This document shows positions 10,001 through 18,600 of a stretch of 64,000 bases of DNA, piece after piece (position 1 is the stretch's first letter; every line of letters starts with the position of its first letter). The stretch lies in the NCBI GenBank assembly GCA_005776725.1, contig SXOO01000203.1, positions 2,658-66,657 of the forward strand, in the 5' to 3' direction. A program made the translations under genes and the position numbers. The DNA is from Pseudomonadota bacterium (GTDB taxonomy: Bacteria > Myxococcota_A > UBA9042 > GCA-2863065). The notes beneath the pieces are model-generated. The model made no database searches and was not told the origin of the DNA. It was given only the letters and a program-made list of their open reading frames with translations.

Positions 10001-12866
10001 TGCTCCCGCCACACACGTGGACGATCTCATCGACGGCACCACCCTGGACATGGACACGTCTACGGCGCGACACCTCCCGGGCACACCCGGTCTCGCAACT
10101 TCGGGCCTGGACCTCGTCCGTCCATTGCCGGGAGGCGGTGGCCTCGGCGCCGTGGTGATGACCACGCCGACGACCCTGCTGCCGGGTATCTACGAGTACG
10201 AGTCGCTCACCGTCGCGACCGAGGTGAAGTGCCCGTACGGCGACGTGGAGATCCGAGTGAAGGGCGACTTCTACCTCGAGAACGGCAACATCTTGGCGCA
10301 GGAGGGCTCGCTGACACTCATCGTGGGAGGTAAGGCCGAGATCGGCGTGGGCTCCAGCGGCGGCATCTACGCCACAGGCGATCTGTCCGTATTCCTCGGC
10401 ACCCTGGGGCCACAGGTCCACCGCCTCGAGGAGGGGCTCTCGACCTCGGAGAACGGCCCGCCCGCAGGCGCTGACTTTCACGGGAGTTCTGTGGTGCTCG
10501 AGGTGGTCGGAGACCTCTACGAGGGGGACCAGTATGCGTTCGTGGGCGCCGGGAGCGGCCGGGGCTCCGGCTTCGGGGGCGACGCAACCGTGCGCGCGAC
10601 GGGCGTCCTGGATCTCAGCGAGGTTTCCTCCGGCGGCTCGTACAGCCCCCTGGACAACGCGCCCTTCGGCAAGGGCGGCTCGACGCGGGTCACCGCCGGG
10701 GGCGACGTGCACTTCGAGAGTGTCTGGGCAGGCGGGTCGTCGCAGGGGCTGGGCGGCGACCTCGTGGTGTCGGCCACCGGAGACATGGTGCTGGAGAACG
10801 CCTGGTGCGACGGAAACGGCGACGTCCATGTGACGGCGGGGGGCAACGTCACCTTGTACAACACTTGGAGCGAGCATATCGACAACACCTCCGGGCTGCC
10901 CGGCGGCTCAGGCTCTGTGCGGATCACCGCGTTCGGCGACGCACTGTTCGACAATGTGTGGAGCGGAAGCACCATCGGCGGTCCCTCTGGGAGCGTGCAA
11001 GCGCGTGTGGGCGGTCGACTCTCGCTCGGCTACTCGTGGACCGGCGACACCATGCTCGCTGGGGACACGGGGGACCTCGACCTTCAGGCCGGTGAGCTCG
11101 TGGGCTCCGGAGGGAACTGGTCGGGCGCCGCCACGGGGGGCGCGGGCGCCGGCGGAGACGTGATCCTGAGGGCGCCGCGCATCGCGATGGAGTACCACCA
11201 AGCCTATGCAGGCGAGGGAGACAACGGAACACCTGGCTCCCTGCTCATCGAGGGCGACGTGATTCGGCTGACGTACACTAGGCTCTACACGAACCGCCCC
11301 GAGACCGACGCGCCCTCCGGAGCAGTCGTGGTGCGCGCCTCCGATACGCTCGCCCTCCTCGGCACCTATGTAGACACGGGTTATCCCAATTGCCCCTGGA
11401 GCCACCCCACGGGGGACATCACGCTCGACGCCGGGCGCACGTTCATCGCGTTCGACTCCACGGTTGAGTCTGGCCCCGGCGGCGGCTGGCAAGACTGTGC
11501 ACTCGGCGCGAGCGGCGACGTGACGGTCAGAGCGGGCACCACGCTCCGGATCGATCCCGCGACCGTGCTCATACGCGCTGGCGTAGGCGAGCCCGCGGGC
11601 GTGGTCACCCTGGGGGTGAACCAGCAGGTGAACAGCCCGAACGCCCGTGTCGAGCCCGCGCTGGTGCCCGACACGGTCTCGCACCTCGTCTCCCGGCCCA
11701 TCGACACGGCGTCCGACTTCCCGCGTGTGGAGCTGGCCGAGTTGGACCTCGCGTCGGCGCCCTCGGGGGCCACCGCGCTCCTGGAGCTGTCCAGCGCGCC
11801 CACCCCGGCCGGGCCATACTCCCCGTGGACCGCTGTGCTCACGACTCACGACCGCTTCCTGCGCTGGCGGGTGACGCTCGCTTCGGTGGGCCTGGTGGGG
11901 CCCTTCGTCGATCGAGTCCGTCTCCGCTGGACGCCTCAGAGCTGCGAGGCGATCGCTCGCCCGTGCAACGACCAGAGCGCTTGCACCACAGACACCTGCG
12001 CTCAAGCGGGATGCACCTACACGATCCTGCCGTGCCTGGCCGACGGAGACAGCTGCACAAGAGACCACTGCGACCCCGCGCTCGGGTGCGTCCACACGCC
12101 GGACGACTGCGACGACGAAGATCCCTGCACCACCGACACGTGCGGCACAGGCGGCTGTGAACACGCCGCCGTGGCCGGATGCTGCCGGAGTGCGCTCGAC
12201 TGCCCCACCACCGCCCCCTGCAGGCAGGCGTACTGCGGCGCCGACCACCTCTGCCACGACCAGCCGGCAGGCCCCGCCCTCTGCTGCACCAGCGCCGCGG
12301 ACTGTCCCTCCGATCCGTGCGGCGTCAGCACTTGCGAGTTCGGCCGATGCAGCGGTTATCAGAACAGCTTCCCCTGCTGCACTCAGAGCCTGCGCCGGTT
12401 CGACTTCGCGAGCGGGGACCACGGCTTCGAGACGCGCGCCGAGCCGCCCACGGGGCACGAGTGGAAGCACCAATCCACGGGCTGGGATCCCGGCAGCCCC
12501 GGGAGCCTGGTCTTCAAGGGCCCCGCTGACGGCGAGGTGCTTCTCCGTGCGCCGGCCGGGGTCACCTTCGGCGGCATCGGTGTGACGGCTCGGTTCAGGA
12601 TCCGGGCGGTGGGCGCCAGCGGCCAGCTCGTGGTGCTCGCTCGCGTCCCCGGAGTACTCAGGGCCTTGCCCGTCAGGGTCGGTACGGTCGACCTGGCGAA
12701 CGTCTCCGAGTGGACGCAGCACACGGTGGACCTGCCCGACCAGGGGCCGTTCCAGCTGGAGTGGCGGCTCGAAGGGAGCCCGGGCGACGCTGGGATCGCA
12801 CTCGACGACGTGGAGATCGAGAATCCCTGCTTAGACGCTGGAGGAGGCGACGGTGGTTCTAACTGA
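7020..12866 (+). CDS. Giant exported protein (1948 aa) with Big_2-like Ig domains, Ca-binding DxDxDG repeats, LVIVD-like propeller repeats, a beta-solenoid and C-terminal Cys-rich repeats
   Basis: In-frame GTG at 7020 overlaps the upstream TGA (GTGA). The N-terminus VKLTLPALPACVVCVVCVACVAGVALAQ is signal-like. Motifs: DTDNDGLPDDWE/DLDGDGLDN/DPDGDGILD, HTLAVVDLKDPGAPVLL (LVIVD-like), GRVVTAANAAVPGATVAV..DGSFSV (CarboxypepD_reg-like), and CNDQSACTTDTC..CTRDHCDP at 11940-12370. The track ORF starts at 6900, but that stretch overlaps the upstream gene. Confidence 0.8.
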   Translation: MKLTLPALPACVVCVVCVACVAGVALAQHERSPTEDCFVQVGNRLVPVQADGYWEAIGIPAAGGLFKARLHCTNPYGTRRGASGFFGVSPNTTTAIPSVPFSPPPREPQRLILTGPSVVTGPDAGALGVSGAFADGAIEALTEGTTFVSSDASALAVDAAGGLAALRSGRVFVSVSHSGITSGLRIDVLLGGDTDNDGLPDDWEIAVGLDPSDPLDAGADLDGDGLDNRAEFDLGSDPLSADPDGDGILDPEEVVAGADGWITLPRASDTDGDALPDDVELLVGSDPTDPQSADYGAAVLSLEVSPKTLTFGLGVFGDASPKRVRVIARLVANRTAEVTTRAAFSTSPAGVVELTDTKGEIQPSAPGVAVLTAAFAGRDVSVPIRVFQTAVQPLGRLDLPGDTYDVALFGDHAYLPASAAGLVVASLASPTTPVVVATLAVGTARDVTRFGARIGVATEGGVALVSAAGASAAILLESSTSSPQTQVAASAGLLVSGGPAGVRAFDASLNPAGHLDTTAVRGLAASGTTVAYGLGRSLAVATHTGSELTSRSALQLGRPVLAVELSGDTAFVALDLPVSQILDHTLAVVDLKDPGAPVLLSRSGLGDFLLRDSALVGTTLYGAEWLRTNAAVLLDTAAPGAPAFVAQADFSPLGDADGWGVDASPAWLALVAGTPTPRTLYVSRSTAGGATAPGVQPLPPTVVLTAPGDGRAVRRNEVLTLQAFASDDGGVALLRFRAAGEPVGEAFGSAASVVWTAPNDFGTVVLTAEALDFDGNLTTSGPVQVFVLPDTDPPLVTLSAPLPGVTVFAGASFAAAAVATDNSFVRSTRLLVDGEVRHEADGASASALLKAPNTPGTLTVSAAATDQDGNSGTSPGVMVTVIPVPTTTCVGRVVTAANAAVPGATVAVGGLTGSSATDGSFSVTGIPALSGLVVAVTPPEGSGLSSLSVGPVTPVPNGVTDVGNVVLEAAGARPLRRSAVVSPPVRLTFAAPSAAPATHVDDLIDGTTLDMDTSTARHLPGTPGLATSGLDLVRPLPGGGGLGAVVMTTPTTLLPGIYEYESLTVATEVKCPYGDVEIRVKGDFYLENGNILAQEGSLTLIVGGKAEIGVGSSGGIYATGDLSVFLGTLGPQVHRLEEGLSTSENGPPAGADFHGSSVVLEVVGDLYEGDQYAFVGAGSGRGSGFGGDATVRATGVLDLSEVSSGGSYSPLDNAPFGKGGSTRVTAGGDVHFESVWAGGSSQGLGGDLVVSATGDMVLENAWCDGNGDVHVTAGGNVTLYNTWSEHIDNTSGLPGGSGSVRITAFGDALFDNVWSGSTIGGPSGSVQARVGGRLSLGYSWTGDTMLAGDTGDLDLQAGELVGSGGNWSGAATGGAGAGGDVILRAPRIAMEYHQAYAGEGDNGTPGSLLIEGDVIRLTYTRLYTNRPETDAPSGAVVVRASDTLALLGTYVDTGYPNCPWSHPTGDITLDAGRTFIAFDSTVESGPGGGWQDCALGASGDVTVRAGTTLRIDPATVLIRAGVGEPAGVVTLGVNQQVNSPNARVEPALVPDTVSHLVSRPIDTASDFPRVELAELDLASAPSGATALLELSSAPTPAGPYSPWTAVLTTHDRFLRWRVTLASVGLVGPFVDRVRLRWTPQSCEAIARPCNDQSACTTDTCAQAGCTYTILPCLADGDSCTRDHCDPALGCVHTPDDCDDEDPCTTDTCGTGGCEHAAVAGCCRSALDCPTTAPCRQAYCGADHLCHDQPAGPALCCTSAADCPSDPCGVSTCEFGRCSGYQNSFPCCTQSLRRFDFASGDHGFETRAEPPTGHEWKHQSTGWDPGSPGSLVFKGPADGEVLLRAPAGVTFGGIGVTARFRIRAVGASGQLVVLARVPGVLRALPVRVGTVDLANVSEWTQHTVDLPDQGPFQLEWRLEGSPGDAGIALDDVEIENPCLDAGGGDGGSN

Positions 12867-14004
12867 GGCGATCACGCTCTGGGCGCCGCTCTTGATGGCG
12901 GTGGACAGCGGCAGCACCGGGGCGCTCGGGGCGCTTCAGCCCACGGCAGACACCGTTATCGCCGTGCCCGCCGATGGCGTGCTCCACTACACGCACATAA
13001 AGATCCCGGCAGGTATCACGGTGTCGTTCGCCCGCAACGCAGCCAATACCGGCGTGGTGCTACTAGCCACCGAAGCCGTCGTGATCTCCGGGATCCTCGA
13101 CGTCTCCGGGGCCGGACCCACCGGGGGTGTGGGCGCCTTCGCTGCGGTGGGAGGTCTCGCCGGACCCGGTGGCGGAGACGGCGGCAGCGCGCTCGTTGGC
13201 GGCGGGGCGCTCTCGGGCCTGGGCGCCGCGGGCGGCGGCTCCCACGCGACCTGCCGGGGGGCCGGTGGCGGTTCGTGGATCCGCGCCAGCGGGGCGGGCG
13301 CGTGCCCATGCGCCGTCATCCCCGAGGACGTGACCGGCTTCGAGCTGCCACTCACCGGTGGCAGCGGCGGCGGTGCCGCGGACGGCGACGCCGGCGGCGG
13401 CGGCGGCGGGTTCGTGGTGGTGGCATCCAACGTGAGCATTCGTGTAGAGGGGGCGATCCGGGCACGTGGCGGCGTGGGGGGCCCCAAGGGCGGGAGCGGC
13501 GGCGGCGGCGCGGTGCGTCTAGTTGCCCCGCTGATCGACGGCGCCGGTGAGCTGGACACGCGCGCGCCTGACTGCGAGGCCAGGTGCGACGCCGCCACGT
13601 GCGGCGCGCCGGGGCTCGTGCGCCTCGAGGCCGACGAGGTGGATCCGGGGCTAGTCGGCCGTATCACGGCGGCCTTCTCCGTGGGACCTCCCGGGCCCAT
13701 TGATCTCGGTCGGAGCGTCCGGATTCTCAGCGTTGCCGGGCAGAGCCCCGCGGCCTCTGCGGCGCACGGGCATCTCCTCGATCCCGTGGCTGTGAATGAC
13801 GGGACCTCGGTGGCGATCTTGGTGGAGGGTCGGGGGATCAGCGCCGGCGCTCCGGTGGTCCTGGTGGTGATGCCCTCCGATGGAAGGCGCCTCCGCTACG
13901 TGGCCCCCTGCACCGGCACACCGGCGTGTACTGCGAGCTTCTCGGTGCCTCGTCCGGCGCTCAGCGGGGCCGCGGCGCTCCAGGCGTTGGTGGAGCAGCC
14001 GTGA
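12853..14004 (+). CDS. Glycine-rich beta-helix-like exported hypothetical protein (383 aa)
   Basis: GTG at 12853 is preceded by GGAGGAGG at 12840-12847. It overlaps the upstream stop by 14 nt. Features include long GGxGG runs and HYTHIKIPAGITVSF..VVISGILDVSG. The antisense frame is a Pro-rich mirror image. Confidence 0.6.
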   Translation: MVLTEAITLWAPLLMAVDSGSTGALGALQPTADTVIAVPADGVLHYTHIKIPAGITVSFARNAANTGVVLLATEAVVISGILDVSGAGPTGGVGAFAAVGGLAGPGGGDGGSALVGGGALSGLGAAGGGSHATCRGAGGGSWIRASGAGACPCAVIPEDVTGFELPLTGGSGGGAADGDAGGGGGGFVVVASNVSIRVEGAIRARGGVGGPKGGSGGGGAVRLVAPLIDGAGELDTRAPDCEARCDAATCGAPGLVRLEADEVDPGLVGRITAAFSVGPPGPIDLGRSVRILSVAGQSPAASAAHGHLLDPVAVNDGTSVAILVEGRGISAGAPVVLVVMPSDGRRLRYVAPCTGTPACTASFSVPRPALSGAAALQALVEQP

Positions 14005-14714
14005 GGGCCACTCTGCTGGCCGTTTGGGTTGCGGCGCTCAGCTGGTGGCTCTGGCCGGCGCCGGCTGAGATCGGCCCGGACGCGCGACCACCCGTCTCGG
14101 TGGCAAGCCCGCCGGCGCCCACCGTGGCTCACCGACCCCACCAGCCGGGTGGGCCTCCAGCTCAGCCGCGTTCGATGGCCCAGCCGGACTCCAGCCCAGT
14201 CTCGTCCCCGCCTCATCGCGACGTTGCGCCGCTTGGCCCACCGAAGGCCCTGGAGTTGAACGCGGAGGGCGCGCGCTACGCTTTCATCGAGCGCGACTAC
14301 ACCCCCCCGTACGAGGTGCCCGAGCTCTCGGCAGCGAGCCCGGCCACCACGGCGGAGCTCGCCGTGGCGAACCTCCTGTCGGCCATGGCACGGGCAGACT
14401 TCGACTGGGCCGTCGCCACGTTCGGCGAGGATGGCGAGGCGCTCTTGAAGCTGGCCGGCGCCAAGCGCGCAGACTTCGAGGCAGGGTGGCGCGCCCAGTA
14501 CGCCGGGCGGCGATGGCGGCTCACACGACGCATCGACCTCGAAGACACCGTCCTCATCTACAAGGCCGACGCCGTGACCGGCGAAGAGGACCCCCTCCCC
14601 TACGCGCTTCGGCCCTCGCGGACACGCGGCTGGGAGCTCACACAGAGCCTGTCGGGACATCCAGTCTACGCCTATGAGCGCCACGGGGTCAGGCCCACGC
14701 TCGTGCACCCATAG
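14001..14714 (+). CDS. Membrane-anchored hypothetical protein with a Pro-rich linker (237 aa)
   Basis: In-frame GTG at 14001 overlaps the upstream TGA (GTGA). The N-terminal hydrophobic helix is ATLLAVWVAALSWWLW. The track ORF from 13926 overlaps the upstream gene. Confidence 0.55.
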   Translation: MRATLLAVWVAALSWWLWPAPAEIGPDARPPVSVASPPAPTVAHRPHQPGGPPAQPRSMAQPDSSPVSSPPHRDVAPLGPPKALELNAEGARYAFIERDYTPPYEVPELSAASPATTAELAVANLLSAMARADFDWAVATFGEDGEALLKLAGAKRADFEAGWRAQYAGRRWRLTRRIDLEDTVLIYKADAVTGEEDPLPYALRPSRTRGWELTQSLSGHPVYAYERHGVRPTLVHP

Positions 14715-14885
14715 CGTGGGGGTGTCTACCGCGAGGCCGCTGAGCGCATCCGCTTGGGCCGGCCACGGAACGCCGCGCTCCTCCTCGCTCGGTCAACTGT
14801 CGCCCCCGAGTCGAGCCCGCTGCGGCCATCGATCGCCGCCCCTCTGGCCAAGCCGAGCTTGACGGCAGAGCGCGCGCTCCGGTAA

Positions 14886-15596
14886 GTGCCGTCGACGTTC
14901 TGCCGTCGACCCCACCCCGTCTCCTCCTATTCCCTCCGAATCGCCACCCTCGGAGTCCTCGGGCTCGCCGCACCGGCGTGTCGTGACACACTGGAGCCGC
15001 TCGCGTCGGCAGCGGTTGCGCCCCCTGTCTCCGCCGGCGACCCGACGGCCGCGCGCTGGCGGGGGCGCGGCTCGAGCGGGAGCGCGGGCGGCTCGAGGCC
15101 GCACAGGACGCGCTCACGTTGGCGGTGCGCCTCGACCCCGCCTTCGCGGGCGGGCAGAACGCGCTCGGGCTCCTCTTCCGCCAGACTGGGCGCGGCGTTG
15201 AGGCGCTGCGTGCGTTCGAGGCCGCCGCACGGCGGAACCACCCGCCGCAGTCCGTTCTAAACAGCCTCGCAGTGCAGTATGCGGACCTCGGGCGCAACGA
15301 AGAGGCGCTGGCCGCCTTTGCGCGCGCCATCTAGGTCGAGCCTGCCCCGCTCACGCACGCCAACGCGGGTGGGCTCCTCAGAAAGCTCGGACGGCACGCC
15401 GAGGCCGCCGATCACTACCGTGCTGCGCTGGCGCTGGAGCCAGCAGTCACGGATTACGCCGTGGCGCTGGGCGAGACGCTCTTCGCCGCCGGACAGCTGC
15501 AGGACGCGGAACCAGCGGCGTCAGGAGGTGCTGGCTCGGCTGGCGCGGCTCACCGCCCTGCCAGCCCCGGGGGCGCCCGCGCCGCAGGGACCCTGA
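14886..15596 (+). pseudogene. Degraded TPR-repeat protein gene (frameshifts plus an in-frame TAG)
   Basis: A signal-like N-terminus (IATLGVLGLAAPAC) lies in frame 0. TPR sequence (LAVRLDPAFAGGQNALGLLFRQTGR..EALAAFARAI) lies in frame 2 and has only a TTG start. TAG at 15332-15334 is followed in the same frame by more TPR sequence (AGGLLRKLGRHAEAADHYRAALALEP). A plausible C-terminal tail lies in frame 0 and ends at 15596. Confidence 0.4.
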
Positions 15597-15636
15597 GCTC
15601 CTCGCGCTCTGCGACCGCGTCGGTGCTTAGGTCCGC

Positions 15637-18600
15637 TCAGGGGCTGGGATTGCAGAGACCGTCGTTGTCCGGATCCGGACCGTCGGCAAGCGGGGCGTAG
15701 GCGCCCGAGTTACAGTCGTCGCACAAGTCGTTGTCCACGTCGGAGCAGCGCCAGGGGTCGAACGGCGCCGCGTCGTCGAGATCGGCCACGAGATCGCCGT
15801 CGTCGTCGAGGTCGCATGCGTCGCCAACGCCGTCCCCATCGAGGTCGGCGTGGGTGGGGTCGTACACGCGGGGGCAGCCGTCCTCCCCGTCTGCGATGCC
15901 GTCCGCGTCGTCGTCGTCGTCGCAGCTGTCCCCCGCTCCGTCTCCGTCGGTGTCGGGGTCAGCTGCGGGCGACGCCAACTCCGGGCACGAGTCCGCGTCG
16001 TCCGGCACGCCATCTGCGTCATCGTCCTCGTCGCAGGCGTCGCCGAACCCGTCCGAGTCGAAGTCGCGCTGGGTGGGATCGTAGTGGTCACGGCACACGT
16101 CAGCATCATCGGTGAAGCCGTCGTTGTCCCGATCGCTGTCACATGCGTCGCCGAGACCGTCGGTGTCCGTGTCGAGCTGCTCCGGATCGGCGACGCCGGG
16201 GCACTTGTCCGACAGGTCGGGGTGGGAGTCATCGTCGTCGTCAGCATCGCAGGCGTCACCGACGCCGTCCCCCTCGAGGTCGGTCTGATCGCCGTTGGAG
16301 AGCCCCGGGCAGTTGTCGAACGCGTCGTCCGCAAGATCGCCATCCGCGTCGGCATCGCAGACGTCGCCGACACCGTCGCCGTCGGCATCGTTCGCGTTCT
16401 GTGACGCCATCCACGGGCAGTTGTCGTCTTCGTCGAGCAGGCCGTCGTCGTCATCGTTTGGATCACAGAGGTCGCCGCTTCCGTCGCCGTCCGCGTCCGC
16501 CTGCTCGCCGTTGTTCACCGTCGGACAGTTGTCTTCGTCGTCCCGCGTGCCGTCGCCGTCGGCGTCGGGGGTGGTGCAGACGCCCTCGACGAGCGCCGCG
16601 CCCGCGGCGCACGCGACACACGCCCCGGGCCCGCCCGCCGTACAGCCGTTGCAGAGGGGGTCGCAGGCCTCGCAGTTCGCGTCCGTCGCGCCAGCGCAGG
16701 CGGTCGCCTCCCACGTCCCGAACGAGCAAGCGCTGCACTTTACGCAGGCGTCGGCGGCGTCGACGAAGTGACCCGCCGCGCAGGCGACACAATCGGCCGC
16801 GGTCGGGCCCTTACAGCCGCTACACGCCGCGTCGCAGACGCCGCAGTAGCTGCCCGCGGTTCCTGGACAAGCGTCGCTGCAGTCGGGGGTCCCGTCCGAG
16901 TCGCTGTCGGCCGCGACGAGCGCGCCCCCCCCGAGGCCGGCCGCCGAGAGAGCGTAGAACGGCCCGGCCGGGAGCTCGGGCGACTCGCCCCAAGCCGTGA
17001 GTACGCCCTCGACCGACAGCGCCACCGAATGCAGAGCGCCCGCGGCCAGCGCGAGCGGTCCGCTGAGCTCACTCGGGGCGTTCAGCTGCCCCGCGTCGTT
17101 CCGACCCCAGCCGATGATGGCGCCGCCCTGTGCCACGGCGAGCGCGTGATCGGCGCCGCACGCCACAGCGCGGAACGTACCGCTCGGCGCGACCGAGAGG
17201 CCCCACGCCTTGGTACCGAAGGACCGAAGCGTCCCATCGCTGGTCAGCGCGACGCTGTAGGATGCGCCTGCGCAGATCGCGACCGCATCCCCGATCGCGG
17301 GTGGGGGGGTGGCCTGCCCATGCAGGTTCGAGCCCCAGGCGACGACCTGTCCGTCCCTCTGCAGTGCCAAGCTGTGAAAGGCCCCTGCCGCGATCGCCGC
17401 GACGGGGCCGAGAGGCGGAACCTGGGTCTGGCCAAACGTACCTTGCCCCCACGCCACCACGCTCCCGTCCGAGAGCAGCGCCAAACTGTGCGCGTTGCCC
17501 GCGGCCACGGCGATGGCGCCGCCAAGCCCGCCCGGCGCGTCTGCACCCGGTCCATTCCCCCACGCCACGACCGCTCCCTCGGAGGTGATTCCCACGGCGT
17601 GCTGCTGCCCGACCGCGAGCGCCGTCAGGAACGGCAACTCCGGCGGTGCCGCGGGTGTCTCCCCCCAGACGCTGACAGCGCCGACCCGTGCAGCGACGCA
17701 GGCCCCGGCGACACACCGGTCCTCGGTGCAGCCGTCACCGTCATCGCAGCCCGCGTTCTCCACACACTCCACACAGGCGGCCGTCCCGAGGGGGCAGCCG
17801 TCCACCTCGTCCAGCTTCTCGTCTCCGTCGTCGTCGTCGTCGCACCCGTTCCAGAGGCCGTCGTTGTCGAGGTCCGATTGGCTCAGCGCCCATGCCAGCG
17901 GGCAAGCATCGAGACCGTCGGCCAGCCCGTCGTCGTCATCGTCGTCGTCGCAGTCGTCACCCGCTCCGTCGAGATCTGTGTCGACTTGCCATGGGTTGTG
18001 CAGCCCGTCGCAGTTGTCGAGGCTGTCAGCGACGCCGTCATTGTCGAGGTCGTCGTCCGCGCAGTCGGGCACGCCGGCACCGTCCACGTCGGTCGGGCAG
18101 GCGAGCGAGCAGATGCCGCCCTCGAGCCAGAACTCACCGTCCGAACAGCCGGTGCCGCAGGTCCCCCCGCACCCATCCGACCCACACTCGGCGCCCGCGC
18201 ACTGTGGCGTACAGCTCCCCGAGAGGCACAGCGCCAGCTCGGCGTCGCACGAACCCGCGATCGACTCGAGGCACGGGATCGACGGTCCCGGCCCACAGAA
18301 CCCCTCCACGCAGCCCGCGACGAGGCTCCAGAGCTTCGTCCCCTCCGAGCTGAGGTCGTTCGCGCAGCCCACGACGCAGTCCCACGTCGTGCAGAGCTCG
18401 GAGCAGATGAGGACGTCGCTGCACGGCCGCCCCGACTCGCACACCCCAAGCACGCAGACCTGCGCTTCGCCGCAACCGAGCCCGCACGTGCCGCCGCAGC
18501 CGTCGTCACCACACTGCTTGTCCGCGCAATCGGGGACGCAGCCTGTCACCTCGTCGCACAGGCCGCCACGGCAAGGGAGCTCGTCCGGGGACTCCGCGTC

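Noticed and set aside
8768-12722. Minus-strand ORFs 8768..10165 (465 aa), 9216..10877 (553 aa) and 10908..12722 (604 aa)
   Set aside because: They are antisense to the 1948-aa gene, Arg/Gly/Ala/Pro-rich, and mutually overlapping in different frames. The plus frame carries recognisable domains.
14689-15330. Minus ORF of 213 aa across the TPR region
   Set aside because: It is Arg/Ala/Ser-rich and antisense to clear TPR-repeat sequence on the plus strand.
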